A DNA stretch of 64,000 nucleotides from contig JADFXX010000003.1 of the NCBI GenBank assembly GCA_015233335.1, forward strand, positions 93,694-157,693, in the 5' to 3' direction. The translations under genes and the position numbers were made by a program. Source of the stretch: Candidatus Omnitrophota bacterium (GTDB taxonomy: Bacteria; Omnitrophota; Gorgyraeia; Zapsychrales; Fredricksoniimonadaceae). This document shows positions 39,211 through 48,805 of this stretch, one piece after another (within the stretch, counting starts at the first letter, position 1; every line of letters begins with the position of its first letter). The notes under the pieces are model-generated. The model saw nothing but the letters and a program-made list of their open reading frames with translations. It was not told where the DNA came from and made no database searches.

Positions 39211-40275
39211 TTAGAATATTGACCAATTAGACCCATTGGAACAAACATCATAAGCCTGATAATTAGCATTGATGACAAGTATGCTTGCCCCATCAATTTT
39301 TTGGGATGAAGATGTGCCAATCGTAATATTATATGTGGCAGATTCACCTGCCCCATCCTTGATCCTATAGCAGCGTCCGGCAATGCCAACGGCCGTAGGA
39401 AGAGTGATCGCTATTGCCGCGTTATGTACGCTGAGATCCACATAAACAAGATAATAGGTATTATCCAAGGTGGTATTAACTGAAACAATCGTAAAAGCCC
39501 CTATCGTGCCTGCCGAAGCCCATGTGCCGTAGCCGTTGGCATCTGAAGTCAAAACGAACCCGCTTGAGGGAGACGTCGTTAACATAAAAGTTGTCATGCG
39601 TACTGTACCGTTGACATCCAATTCGGCTACGGGATAATATGAACCAATGCCTACGTTACCAACTAAAGTAGCATTTCCACTACCATCATCAAGTGTATTA
39701 TATGAAGTATAAACACTGCCGCCTTGATCTTGGATACCAATGCCTCCTCCTGCTGAGTCCCCAATATCACCATTAACATCTAGTGTATATGAAGGCTTAG
39801 CAGTTCCGATACCTACATTTCCGCCAGTAAAATTGGTCAATCCTGAGCCATCAACCTGCAGGCCTCCATTAACCTCCAAGGTCTGAACAGGGGAAGTGGC
39901 TCCTATATTGATGCCAACATTTCCGCCTGTCTGGTAAATGTTTGAAATGGTCAATGCTGTGGGACTGGAAGCCATTGGGATATAATTGGCAGTTAAGGAG
40001 TTGATGGATCCGTTAACGTTTGTCAATCCCGAGCCGTTGCCGGAAAAATACTTGGCGCTCACCGTACCGGCGACATCCAGAATCTGGCCGGGGTTAAGCG
40101 ATCCAATACCGACATTGCCCTGCATCACAACCAAAGCGGCGCTGGCGGGCTGGGTTGTGCCGATGCCTATTCTTAAATTGACGTTTTCGTTAAACGGATA
40201 ATTGGTGGCGCGCGACAAAGAGGGGCACGAAATCGTAATGAACAGAGAAATTATAAAATATAAATATAATGGCAT
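39211..40275 (-). CDS. Secreted repeat protein with tail-fibre-like GNVGIG(T/S)xxP...LDVxG repeats
   Basis: Signal-like N-terminus and at least 5 copies of the GNVGIG motif. Lies immediately upstream of the DGR target on the same strand. Confidence 0.65.
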   Translation of the reverse strand: MPLYLYFIISLFITISCPSLSRATNYPFNENVNLRIGIGTTQPASAALVVMQGNVGIGSLNPGQILDVAGTVSAKYFSGNGSGLTNVNGSINSLTANYIPMASSPTALTISNIYQTGGNVGINIGATSPVQTLEVNGGLQVDGSGLTNFTGGNVGIGTAKPSYTLDVNGDIGDSAGGGIGIQDQGGSVYTSYNTLDDGSGNATLVGNVGIGSYYPVAELDVNGTVRMTTFMLTTSPSSGFVLTSDANGYGTWASAGTIGAFTIVSVNTTLDNTYYLVYVDLSVHNAAIAITLPTAVGIAGRCYRIKDGAGESATYNITIGTSSSQKIDGASILVINANYQAYDVCSNGSNWSIF

Positions 40276-40334
40276 TATTTTAATTATAACAAATTCTATA
40301 ATTAAAACATTTTAATTTCAAAAAATTTAAGGAA

Positions 40335-40988
40335 TTAGCCTTGAGTATGGTGTTTAATATCGCGGCCTTCAACGATATAAATGACTTCTTCCGCGATATT
40401 CGTGGACAGGTCCGCGATGCGCTCAAGGTTGTGGGCGATACGCATCACATGTAAACAGCGGGGAATAACATCTTTCTTGCCCTTCATCAGTTCAGTCAGG
40501 TCTTTGAGGATCCGATCGCCAGCCTCATCGACGATATCATCACCCGCGCACACAGTAGTTGCCAAGGCGATATCTTCATGGACAAAGGCACTGATGCTGT
40601 CTTTGAGCATCTTCATGGTGCTGTCCCCCATGATTTTTAATTTCTCAGAAAGGCCATTCACGGGATTATTGATGAGAAACAGACCGCTTTCACAGATATT
40701 AACGGCGTGATCTGCCATGCGTTCCAAGTCCTTGTTCATCTTGATGATCATGATGACCATTCTTAGATCGACCGCTACCGGCTCAAATTGCGCAATGAGC
40801 TCCACACACATCCGTTCGATCTCGCGGTCATAGTCATCAGCCGCAGGCTCATTGGTATTGATCACTTCTTCTAACAAAGCAGGGTCACGATCAAGCAAGC
40901 CTTTGATACTGCGACCTAGCATGTCCTCCACTAGGGACGCATCCATTAATAGGTAATGTTTTAGTTCCGCGATTTTTTCTCTTAACAT
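40335..40988 (-). CDS. phoU: Phosphate signalling complex protein PhoU
   Basis: Two PhoU repeats. ATG 40988 has SD GGAGAGG 7-8 nt upstream; the ORF-track start at 41009 is a TTG. Confidence 0.9.
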   Translation of the reverse strand: MLREKIAELKHYLLMDASLVEDMLGRSIKGLLDRDPALLEEVINTNEPAADDYDREIERMCVELIAQFEPVAVDLRMVIMIIKMNKDLERMADHAVNICESGLFLINNPVNGLSEKLKIMGDSTMKMLKDSISAFVHEDIALATTVCAGDDIVDEAGDRILKDLTELMKGKKDVIPRCLHVMRIAHNLERIADLSTNIAEEVIYIVEGRDIKHHTQG

Positions 40989-41001
40989 AAAATCCTCTCC
41001 A

Positions 41002-41763
41002 TTAGCCAAATCTACCTGTAATGTAATCTTCGGTCACCTTACTAGAAGGTCTCGTAAAGAAGTCCGTGGTTTTATTAAACTCGATGATCTGCCCGTGCAT
41101 TAGAAACGCTGTCTTGTCAGAAACCCTGCCGGCCTGCTGCATGTTGTGGGTAACAACCACTATTGTGTATTCATCCTTCAATGTGCCCATCAACTCTTCA
41201 ATGCGCGCTGTCGCAATGGGATCCAGCGCCGAGCATGGCTCATCCATTAAAATGATCTGGGGGTCAATCGCAATCGCCCGCGCAATACAAAGCCTTTGCT
41301 GTTGACCGCCGGAAAGCGACATGGCGCTCTTGTTCAAATTATCTTTGACCTCTTCCCATAAAGCCGCACGCTTCAGACTTTTTTCAACAGCTTCATTTAA
41401 AATGCGCCGATCTTTAATGCCTACGATCTTAAGCCCGTAAGCAATATTCTCATAAATAGATTTTGGGAATGGAGTGGACTTTTGAAACACCATCCCGACC
41501 CTGCGCCTTAAACTGACTACATCTGTATTTTTATCATAAATATCCGTACCGTCAATTAAAACTTCTCCTTCCACACGCGTCTGCGGGATTAAGTCATTCA
41601 TACGATTAAAAATACGGATCAAGGTTGATTTTCCGCATCCCGAAGGGCCGATCATGGCCACGATCTGATGAGGTTCAATGGTCATAGAGATATTCTTTAA
41701 CGCCTGATGGGTGCCGTAATAAAAATTTAGGTCCTTGACTTTAATGCTTCCTTTAAGATCCAT
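41002..41763 (-). CDS. pstB: Phosphate ABC transporter ATP-binding protein
   Basis: Walker [10 protein letters not shown] and signature [14 protein letters not shown]. Start set to ATG 41763 ([17 protein letters not shown]) with AAGAGG upstream; the ORF-track N-extension is repeat sequence. Confidence 0.93.
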   Translation of the reverse strand: MDLKGSIKVKDLNFYYGTHQALKNISMTIEPHQIVAMIGPSGCGKSTLIRIFNRMNDLIPQTRVEGEVLIDGTDIYDKNTDVVSLRRRVGMVFQKSTPFPKSIYENIAYGLKIVGIKDRRILNEAVEKSLKRAALWEEVKDNLNKSAMSLSGGQQQRLCIARAIAIDPQIILMDEPCSALDPIATARIEELMGTLKDEYTIVVVTHNMQQAGRVSDKTAFLMHGQIIEFNKTTDFFTRPSSKVTEDYITGRFG

Positions 41764-41781
41764 ATGTGCCTCTTTTTTAAA

Positions 41782-41858
41782 AGATTGTTTCGCTTCGCTC
41801 ACAATGACACCGAAATAATCGCTCACAATGACACTAGAAGAATCGCCCACCATGACAC
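41782..41858 (-). repeat. Short palindromic repeat: one full copy plus two truncated arm copies in the pstA-pstB spacer
   Basis: agattgtttcgcttcgctcacaatgacac (41782-41810), aatcgctcacaatgacac (41817-34) and aatcgcccaccatgacac (41841-58). Confidence 0.85.
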
Positions 41859-41861
41859 ATC

Positions 41862-42788
41862 CTATTTTCCTGACGACCAGCGATTGCGGCGCATCACATA
41901 AAATTGGGCCCAGCCGTTGATCAGCAATACCATTAAAATAAGAACGATCGCCCCTGCCCAAGCCTGACGGTGCCAGTCATCAAAAGGAGCAATGGCATAC
42001 GTAAAAACCTGCAGGGGCAGAGCTGCAATCGGTTCAGTCAGCGAACGCTGCCAATAATGATTTCCGAATGCCGTAAAAAGAAGCGGAGCTGTCTCACCCG
42101 CTACCCTTGCCAAAGCCACCATGATCCCTGTCGTAATACCCGCCAGAGCGGAAGGAATTACAATATCCACAGTAACCCTCCACTTAGGAACTCCTAAGGC
42201 CAAGCCTGCTTCCCTTAGCTGGGAAGGCACCATTCGTACAAACTGCTCGCTAGTGCGTGTGATCATAGGGATCATCATGATCCCCAATGCAAAGCCACCG
42301 GATAGGGCTGAAAAACTTTTAAGCGGCAGTACACAGACAATATAGGCAAATATCCCGTAAACGATCGAGGGGATCCCATTCATCACATCAGCCATAAACC
42401 GGACCACTTGGGCAAAATTCTGATTAGCATATTCACTTAAATATACCCCTGCCCCAAGACCGATCGGCACCCCCACACAGACCGCGAGACCTAATAAAGT
42501 GAAGGTTCCCGCGATCGCATTGGCCATGCCCCCGCCTTTCTCACCGACGGGTTTGGGAAGTTGTGTAAAAAAATCTAGATTAAGGGATGTAAAACCCTGA
42601 ATAAACAGATGAATCAAAATAGTAAAAAGAATAAAAAGCATAAAAACTGCACATAAGGTCAAAACATAGACCATGGCATGGTCCCAAAGAGCACGTTGAA
42701 AACGTGTCTGCTCAAAAGACGAACGTATAAGATCCTTAAAAGATTGCTTCGCTTCGCTCGCAATGACACTTGAAGATGGAAGCTTCAT
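41862..42788 (-). CDS. pstA: Phosphate ABC transporter permease PstA
   Basis: PstA-like 6-TM permease. ATG 42788 overlaps the pstC TGA (ATGA) and has AGGAG upstream. Residues 7-17 ([11 protein letters not shown]) are encoded by the repeat element. Confidence 0.9.
   Translation of the reverse strand: MKLPSSSVIASEAKQSFKDLIRSSFEQTRFQRALWDHAMVYVLTLCAVFMLFILFTILIHLFIQGFTSLNLDFFTQLPKPVGEKGGGMANAIAGTFTLLGLAVCVGVPIGLGAGVYLSEYANQNFAQVVRFMADVMNGIPSIVYGIFAYIVCVLPLKSFSALSGGFALGIMMIPMITRTSEQFVRMVPSQLREAGLALGVPKWRVTVDIVIPSALAGITTGIMVALARVAGETAPLLFTAFGNHYWQRSLTEPIAALPLQVFTYAIAPFDDWHRQAWAGAIVLILMVLLINGWAQFYVMRRNRWSSGK
42741..42769 (-). repeat. Short palindromic repeat copy inside the pstA 5' coding region
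   Basis: agattgcttcgcttcgctcgcaatgacac, identical to the core in valS. Confidence 0.9.
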
Positions 42789-43711
42789 TTAATCTCCTGC
42801 CCCGGACCTTTAGTCACTGACCATATCAAAATCCGAGCTAAAATATTTACTACAATAGAAACCAAAAACAATACCAAACCGATCTCAATTAATGATGACA
42901 AATACATATTTGTAGTTGCTTCCGCAAATTCATTGGCAAGGACGCTGGCTAGAGTATATCCCGGAGAAAACAAAGACGCCGTTATCACAGGATTATTTCC
43001 GATGATCATGGTCACGGCCATTGTCTCGCCAATCGCTCGCCCTAAGGCCAAAATCACCGCACCCAAAATCCCTACCTTGCCATAGCTTAAAACAATATCT
43101 GAGATCGCCTCCCAACGAGTAGTCCCCAAGGCATAGGCGCTTTCCTTATAGACCGAAGGAACTGCCATAATCACTTCCCGGGATACTGAAATAATAAAAG
43201 GGACTATAATAATAGCTAAAATGACACTGGCGGATAGAAAGCTCACTCCGTAATTAGGCCCCTGAAAAAATGGTAAAAATCCCAAATATTTGCCTAAAAA
43301 AGGCTGGACCGTATTACGCATAAACGGTACTAGCACAAAAATGCCCCAAAGACCGTAAATCACACTTGGAATGGCCGCCAAAAGGTCTACAAGTATCGAA
43401 ATAGTCTTAGACACCTTAGGAGGCGCATATTCAGCCAAATAAACGGCCGCCCCCACCCCGACGGGGACAGCCAGTAAAAGCGCTACGAAAGAAGTGACGC
43501 AGGTGCCGAAAATGAAAGGCAAAGCACCAAAATTCTCTGCAACGGGGTCCCATGTGCTATGGAATAAGAAACCAAATCCAAATTTATTTAAAGTTAAATG
43601 GGACGCTGAAACTAATTGAAAAAAAATACCAGCGACAAGCATCAGAATGGAGATAGGGAAAACCGCCAATACCCTTCTGAAGACAATGTCGCTGGTATCT
43701 CGTCGAATCAT
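42785..43711 (-). CDS. pstC: Phosphate ABC transporter permease PstC
   Basis: PstC-like permease in conserved pstSCAB order. Confidence 0.92.
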   Translation of the reverse strand: MIRRDTSDIVFRRVLAVFPISILMLVAGIFFQLVSASHLTLNKFGFGFLFHSTWDPVAENFGALPFIFGTCVTSFVALLLAVPVGVGAAVYLAEYAPPKVSKTISILVDLLAAIPSVIYGLWGIFVLVPFMRNTVQPFLGKYLGFLPFFQGPNYGVSFLSASVILAIIIVPFIISVSREVIMAVPSVYKESAYALGTTRWEAISDIVLSYGKVGILGAVILALGRAIGETMAVTMIIGNNPVITASLFSPGYTLASVLANEFAEATTNMYLSSLIEIGLVLFLVSIVVNILARILIWSVTKGPGQEIK

Positions 43712-43781
43712 ATGCCGCTCTTATGTACGAGCCTACACAAAATCAATCTATGTGCGGACCGACACCAGGTCGGCCCTTACA

Positions 43782-44792
43782 TTAATACTTTACCTGATCG
43801 AGCTTCTTTTGGATCATTTCGACCACATTTGACGGAAGCGGCGCATAATCCAAATCTTCCGCATATTTCTGGCCATCAGTGATCGCCCATTTGATAAAAT
43901 TCACAATAGCCGCACCTTTGGTATGATCATCGATTTGCTTATAGATCAAAAGCCATGTAAAACTGGCGATGGGATAGGCTTCAGGATTTGCACTATTGAC
44001 CAATGAAACCCTGAAATCCGCAGGAATCGCGGCTCCATCAGCAGCTTTAGAAGTGCTCGCCAAGGACGGCTCAATATAGCTGCCGCTTTGGTTTTTGATA
44101 GAAGCATAGGACAAGCCGTTTTGCTTGGCATAGGCTAATTCTACATAGCCAATGCTGCCTGAGGCCTGTTTGACCATGCCCGCTACCCCTTCATTGCCCT
44201 TGCCGCCTAAACCAACAGGCCAGTTCACTGATGTTCCTTTGCCAACTTTACCCTTCCAAGCACCGCTAACGGAACTCAGATAATCAGTAAAGATAAAGGA
44301 GGTTCCGCTGCCATCAGAGCGATGCACAACTACGATCGGGCTGTTTGGAAGCGTGACACCGGCATTCTGTTCGGTAATGCGCGGATCATTCCATTGGGTG
44401 ATTTTACCTAAATAGATATCTGCTAATACATCACCGCTTAATTTAAGACCTTTAGTTACACCTTCGAGATTATAAGCAATGACCACGGCCCCCATAACAG
44501 TCGGGATATGATAAATACGCCCGGGAGCTGAGGTCAATTGGTCGATGGACATAGGACCGTCAGTCGCACCAAAATCAACGGTTTTAGCCGAGATCTGCTT
44601 GATACCGCCGCCGGATCCGATGGACTGATAATTAAACAAAACTCCCGGATTGGCTTTAGCATATTCATCAAACCATTTGGAATAAATGGGGTAGGGAAAA
44701 GTTGCCCCCGCTCCATTTATTAAGGTTGCATCAGCGAAAGCCATGGAGGTTGCTACAACCATAGCTACCAGTAAGGCCAAAACTTTTTTCAT
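43782..44792 (-). CDS. pstS: Phosphate-binding protein PstS
   Basis: Signal peptide plus PstS-like sequence (INGAGATFPYPIYSKW...). Confidence 0.93.
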   Translation of the reverse strand: MKKVLALLVAMVVATSMAFADATLINGAGATFPYPIYSKWFDEYAKANPGVLFNYQSIGSGGGIKQISAKTVDFGATDGPMSIDQLTSAPGRIYHIPTVMGAVVIAYNLEGVTKGLKLSGDVLADIYLGKITQWNDPRITEQNAGVTLPNSPIVVVHRSDGSGTSFIFTDYLSSVSGAWKGKVGKGTSVNWPVGLGGKGNEGVAGMVKQASGSIGYVELAYAKQNGLSYASIKNQSGSYIEPSLASTSKAADGAAIPADFRVSLVNSANPEAYPIASFTWLLIYKQIDDHTKGAAIVNFIKWAITDGQKYAEDLDYAPLPSNVVEMIQKKLDQVKY

Positions 44793-44813
44793 ATCTAATC
44801 CTTTCTTTGAATA

Positions 44814-46247
44814 CTAAAATTTAAAATTCAAATCCATTTGGAACAAATCTTCCGGTGCAGATAAAGTTGAACCGGTGGCGTGTTTAAAAATACTGGTCTT
44901 AAAATAAGACATTGTAAACCAGAGGTTTTTAGCTAAACCTAAATCAAGCTGGGTTCGTAAGCCTTGTGTGTTAGTGTTCCCTGAATAAAAGTCATCATCC
45001 GGAAGTGCGGCTAACCAGGAATCAGCTTCAAGTACTTTATAATAAGACTGAATCTTCCAGGTTCCCAAACCATTGATTGCAGAAGAGCCCATATAGGCAC
45101 CCATCATCCAAGCACTGTTCTGATGAGCCGGATCAACGTTCCTATAGTATTCACCCATAAATCCAATTTGAGGGATATATAAAGGAGAAGGTAATAACTC
45201 ACCAAACGGATCATTCATGCCAAAATCCACTCCCCCTCCTACAAGATTATAATTATAGCTGTAGGTACCGGTCAAACCTGTAGTTGAGCTCATGGTGTTA
45301 CCGGAAGAAGAATAATCCAATGGAAAATGATTTGGATTATTGACATTGTAGTATGATCCTGCTGCTTTGTAGTACACCTTCTCTGTTAAATTACCCTTAA
45401 TACCTTCTTGAGTAACAAACATATAGGGATCTGTTTTTACCCCATTGGTGTTAATTCCATACCCGCTTGATATGGACGTTCCAATCGAAGGAGTCAAGTC
45501 TTTAAGTATAAAAATTGCATTAGTTGAAAATGGCGTTACATAATCATTGAGCCTGTGTTCTAATTTAATAGCGCCGCCTTCAGGGGTAATATCCGGATCC
45601 CAAAGTAAAGGGGTACTCGCAGGTTCCCAAACGGGATTATCCATTTTACCACCCATTAAAGTCGCCCACGGGGCAGGTGTATAAACAGCATAGGCCTTGT
45701 TCAATACGACCGTAGGCTTGCTGAAAGTGCCTTCCTGATAAGCAATGGTCGTGCTTCCGGTGCTTTTGGTAATATTATTAAGAACTGAATTATTACCGCC
45801 CAAGGTAATATTGTTAGAACGGGGATTACCAACACCATTTGCATTTTCACCATTTGTAGCTATACCCACAACTAGCTTGACTTTGTCGTTAATCTGATCT
45901 TCGAAGTTTAATCGGGCACGAATACGTACTCTATTATCGGTAAGATGCGCAGAAGAACCGCCGGCACCAACAGTTTTTCTAACTTGATCTTGGTCACGTA
46001 AACGAAAATCACCGCTTACCTTAAGACCGCTGACCCAATCCGGTAATAAACTTTTGAAGGTTGCTTCCTGAGATGCTTTCTGATCACTGGCGATTTCACC
46101 TTTGATCTGGACAGCATCCTGAGCCGTCAAAATCCCCTTATCCTCTAATTTCTGGATAAGCGAATCCACTGAGCTCACGGAAGCCAAGCCTAACACCGGC
46201 CAGGCAAGAATCATACCCGCTGCTAACGTTAAAACAATTTTTTTCAT
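44814..46247 (-). CDS. Outer-membrane beta-barrel porin, probably phosphate-regulated
   Basis: Signal peptide, N-terminal helix (LIQKLEDKGILTAQDAVQIKGE), beta-strand-rich body and C-terminal ...NFKF. Strong SD GGGAGGAG. Lies directly upstream of pstS. Confidence 0.75.
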   Translation of the reverse strand: MKKIVLTLAAGMILAWPVLGLASVSSVDSLIQKLEDKGILTAQDAVQIKGEIASDQKASQEATFKSLLPDWVSGLKVSGDFRLRDQDQVRKTVGAGGSSAHLTDNRVRIRARLNFEDQINDKVKLVVGIATNGENANGVGNPRSNNITLGGNNSVLNNITKSTGSTTIAYQEGTFSKPTVVLNKAYAVYTPAPWATLMGGKMDNPVWEPASTPLLWDPDITPEGGAIKLEHRLNDYVTPFSTNAIFILKDLTPSIGTSISSGYGINTNGVKTDPYMFVTQEGIKGNLTEKVYYKAAGSYYNVNNPNHFPLDYSSSGNTMSSTTGLTGTYSYNYNLVGGGVDFGMNDPFGELLPSPLYIPQIGFMGEYYRNVDPAHQNSAWMMGAYMGSSAINGLGTWKIQSYYKVLEADSWLAALPDDDFYSGNTNTQGLRTQLDLGLAKNLWFTMSYFKTSIFKHATGSTLSAPEDLFQMDLNFKF

Positions 46248-46272
46248 AACTCCTCCCTGTTGGTTTTGTTTA

Positions 46273-46491
46273 TTAATAAAATAAATTACGTCCTAATATC
46301 AAATTTTGAAACCCGGACTTCCCTAATATCCTTCTAAGATGATGGATATCTGATTCAACATCCTTAAGAGAATCGCATAAAAAGTCGGAATCAATATCCT
46401 GTTGTTCTTCCATATTCGTCAAAAGAGTGTTCAACCGGTTAACATGCAAACGTAAATGAGACATCACCAGATCTCTATCAGTATTCGACAT
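46273..46491 (-). CDS. 72-aa hypothetical protein, first gene behind the Pho-box promoter
   Basis: AAGGAG SD 5 nt upstream of the ATG. No recognisable motif. Confidence 0.55.
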   Translation of the reverse strand: MSNTDRDLVMSHLRLHVNRLNTLLTNMEEQQDIDSDFLCDSLKDVESDIHHLRRILGKSGFQNLILGRNLFY

Positions 46492-46515
46492 AATACTCCT
46501 TTATTATGTGAGCTA

Positions 46516-46571
46516 AGTATAGGCGGCTTGTGTGACAAAATCCTTAAGGAATTGTGAACTTTTTGTGAACT
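46516..46571 (-). promoter_or_regulatory. Pho-box-type promoter of the porin-pst-phoU operon
   Basis: In gene orientation: GTTCACA-aaaa-GTTCACA-attc-CTTAAGG-attt-TGTCACA, then 9 nt, then TATACT. These are four 7-mers at 11-bp phase replacing a -35 element. Confidence 0.65.
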
Positions 46572-46590
46572 TTGCTTTTAGCATGGCTTA

Positions 46591-46619
46591 AGATTGCCTC
46601 GCCTCGCTCGCAATGATAC
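46591..46619 (-). repeat. Diverged intergenic copy of the short palindromic repeat
   Basis: agattgcctcgcctcgctcgcaatgatac, upstream of the Pho-box promoter. Confidence 0.8.
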
Positions 46620-46707
46620 GCAAATGGCCTTTTAGAATTTAAAAAAATATTAGCAACTTAATTTAATCTTAATTTAGCGATAATAAATTTAATCTAAATT
46701 AATAAAG

Positions 46708-47538
46708 ATGATTAAAAAAATCATATATTTTGTAATTTTAGTCGCCGGTATCACCATTTTATTGTGGTGTTTTTCTATATTTAAACACTCCTTGGACGCC
46801 TTGCATTGGCCAAAAACAACAGGCAAAATCATTTCATCATCTTTAACTATTAATCATTTGCCTAAATATTTAGATTCAAGGGAAAACCCGCTAAGATGGT
46901 ATGGGACAGAGGTCCGATATGAATATTTTGTCGATTATGTCAAATATGAATCAACAAGATTGTCTTTCCAAAATGGCGATACCAGAAACCCCCAGAATGC
47001 CTTAATGCTCATTAATCAATATCGCGACCATCCCAGTGTTACCGTTTATTATGACCCTCTGGACCCCAGTGAAGCCGTCCTTGAGCCCGGAAATATTGGA
47101 CCGATTTACATGCCTTTTATATTTGGAGGGCTGTTAGTTTTTTGGAGCCTGTTTTTCTTTTATCAGCAATCTTTGGAATATGCTCGCGGAGCACATAGTT
47201 ACATTCATAAGGGACAAACTTATCAGGGGCAAGGAAAAGTTGAGGAAGCTTTCTTTGAATACAACAATGCCTTAAGGGTCAATCCTTATTATGCGTATGG
47301 TTACAGGAGTCGAGGGAACCTCCATTATCAAGAAAGGAATTGGGACCAGGCCATTGCTGATTTTAATCGGGCCATTGAAAACGGCCACAAGGACGCAACC
47401 GTATATTTTTCTTTGGCCAATGCGTATTTTATTAAAGAACAGTATGACAAAGCTTGGACTTATATTCAAAAGGCCCAAGAAAAAAATCTTAATATCGAAC
47501 CTGAAGTCCTTGAAAATATCAAAAAGAGGCTTGGATAG
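46708..47538 (+). CDS. Membrane protein with DUF3592-like N-terminal domain and C-terminal TPR repeats
   Basis: TM, then a beta-rich segment (WPKTTGKII...VTVYYDPLDPSEAVL), then a second TM, then TPR-like repeats (AYGYRSRGNLHYQERNWDQAIADFNRAIE). Confidence 0.7.
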   Translation: MIKKIIYFVILVAGITILLWCFSIFKHSLDALHWPKTTGKIISSSLTINHLPKYLDSRENPLRWYGTEVRYEYFVDYVKYESTRLSFQNGDTRNPQNALMLINQYRDHPSVTVYYDPLDPSEAVLEPGNIGPIYMPFIFGGLLVFWSLFFFYQQSLEYARGAHSYIHKGQTYQGQGKVEEAFFEYNNALRVNPYYAYGYRSRGNLHYQERNWDQAIADFNRAIENGHKDATVYFSLANAYFIKEQYDKAWTYIQKAQEKNLNIEPEVLENIKKRLG

Positions 47539-47555
47539 TTCTTTTCAAAGCCCCT

Positions 47556-48005
47556 ATGAAAAAGCTTTTAGCTGTTTTTTTCTTAGTCCTTCTGCCCTCT
47601 TTGGCTGTCACCGAAGAAATTTCTGATTTCGGAGACTATCGCTCAAGCACCCTGGTCAATAAAGCATGGAAAGCCCTTGAAGATAATGATCTCGAGGCCG
47701 TGATAGCTTATACGGATAAGTGCCTTGAGCTCTACGCAACCCCGGCAAACGATATGCAAGCTGGCCTCACAGACTATGCTGTCGGAACTAATGAAAATAT
47801 ATTTAAATATTGGGCTCTTAATGACACGGGTACCGCTTTATTTATTTTAGGCGAGGCCTACAGGAATGCAGGTCAATACGAACAAGCAAATCAAACGTAT
47901 AAAAGACTTATTAATGATTATTTTTATGCTCAGTGCTGGGACCCCAGAGGTTGGTTTTGGAAACCGGCAGAAGCTGCGCAACAACAACTTATTCGTTATC
48001 CTTAA
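47556..48005 (+). CDS. Secreted helical (TPR-like) protein, unknown function
   Basis: Signal peptide MKKLLAVFFLVLLPSLAVTEE. Its 3' end overlaps the convergent regulator gene by 17 nt. Confidence 0.6.
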   Translation: MKKLLAVFFLVLLPSLAVTEEISDFGDYRSSTLVNKAWKALEDNDLEAVIAYTDKCLELYATPANDMQAGLTDYAVGTNENIFKYWALNDTGTALFILGEAYRNAGQYEQANQTYKRLINDYFYAQCWDPRGWFWKPAEAAQQQLIRYP

Positions 48006-48690
48006 AACGGTAACCTACTCCCCTGACTGTTTCGATATATACGTCGGCTTCATCCATTTTTTTACGTAACCCCCGCACATGCACATCTACCGCGCGGTCA
48101 ATGATAAACTTCCCTTCTTTCCAAACATTATCGAGGATCTGCTCGCGTGACCAAACCCTTCCGGGTGTTCTGGAAAGAAATTCTACAATATCAAACTCAA
48201 TAGATGTTAGCTTTATTTCATGGTCTTTATATGAAATTTTGTGTTTCAATAGATCAATCTTTAAATCACCAAAAGTGCGTACATGATCCGCGGATATTGA
48301 AATTTGCTGAAGGTCTGACATTCGCCTAAAGATGGCTTTGATCCGTGCAACTAAAACCTTTGGGCTGAAAGGCTTGGATATGTAATCATCCGCACCCATT
48401 TGGAACCCAACAACCATGTCCATTTCCTCGCCTTTAGCAGTCAACATAATAATAGGGATAGTTTTGGTGGCCGGGTCATTTTTAAGCGTCTGGCAGATCT
48501 CAAGACCGTCAACTTCCGGCAACATCAAATCCAAGATGATCAAATCTGGTTTGCATTTACGGACAAACTCAACGACTTGGCCGCCATCATACAAGCAATC
48601 GATATCATAATGTTCGGATTTTAAATTATAAGCGATAAGATTGCTGATGTTGCGGTCGTCTTCAACAACTAAGATCTTTTTTCTTGCCAT
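47989..48690 (-). CDS. OmpR-family response regulator, PhoB-like (paralog 1)
   Basis: Receiver domain (LIILDLMLPEVDG, MLTAKGEEMDMVVGFQMGADDYISKPFSP) plus a winged-helix domain. It has its own Pho-box promoter. Confidence 0.88.
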   Translation of the reverse strand: MARKKILVVEDDRNISNLIAYNLKSEHYDIDCLYDGGQVVEFVRKCKPDLIILDLMLPEVDGLEICQTLKNDPATKTIPIIMLTAKGEEMDMVVGFQMGADDYISKPFSPKVLVARIKAIFRRMSDLQQISISADHVRTFGDLKIDLLKHKISYKDHEIKLTSIEFDIVEFLSRTPGRVWSREQILDNVWKEGKFIIDRAVDVHVRGLRKKMDEADVYIETVRGVGYRFKDNE

Positions 48691-48726
48691 TAGGTTTGCT
48701 CTGAATGAATTTAAACATTTTTTTAT

Positions 48727-48781
48727 ATTCTAAAATATGCGTGTGACAAAACTCTTAATAGAATGTGAATTTTTTGTGAAT
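48727..48781 (-). promoter_or_regulatory. Second Pho-box-type promoter, upstream of PhoB-like paralog 1
   Basis: In gene orientation: ATTCACA-aaaa-ATTCACA-ttct-ATTAAGA-gttt-TGTCACA, then 9 nt, then TAGAAT. Same geometry as 46516-46571. Confidence 0.65.
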
Positions 48782-48805
48782 TTTTAATAAAATTTACGAA
48801 GGGTA

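Noticed and set aside
39211-40275. The tail-fibre-like GNVGIG repeat protein as evidence of a prophage.
   Set aside because: No capsid, terminase, integrase or other phage genes occur in the flanks. The neighbours are phoU and metH. It is treated as a cellular surface protein associated with a chromosomal DGR.
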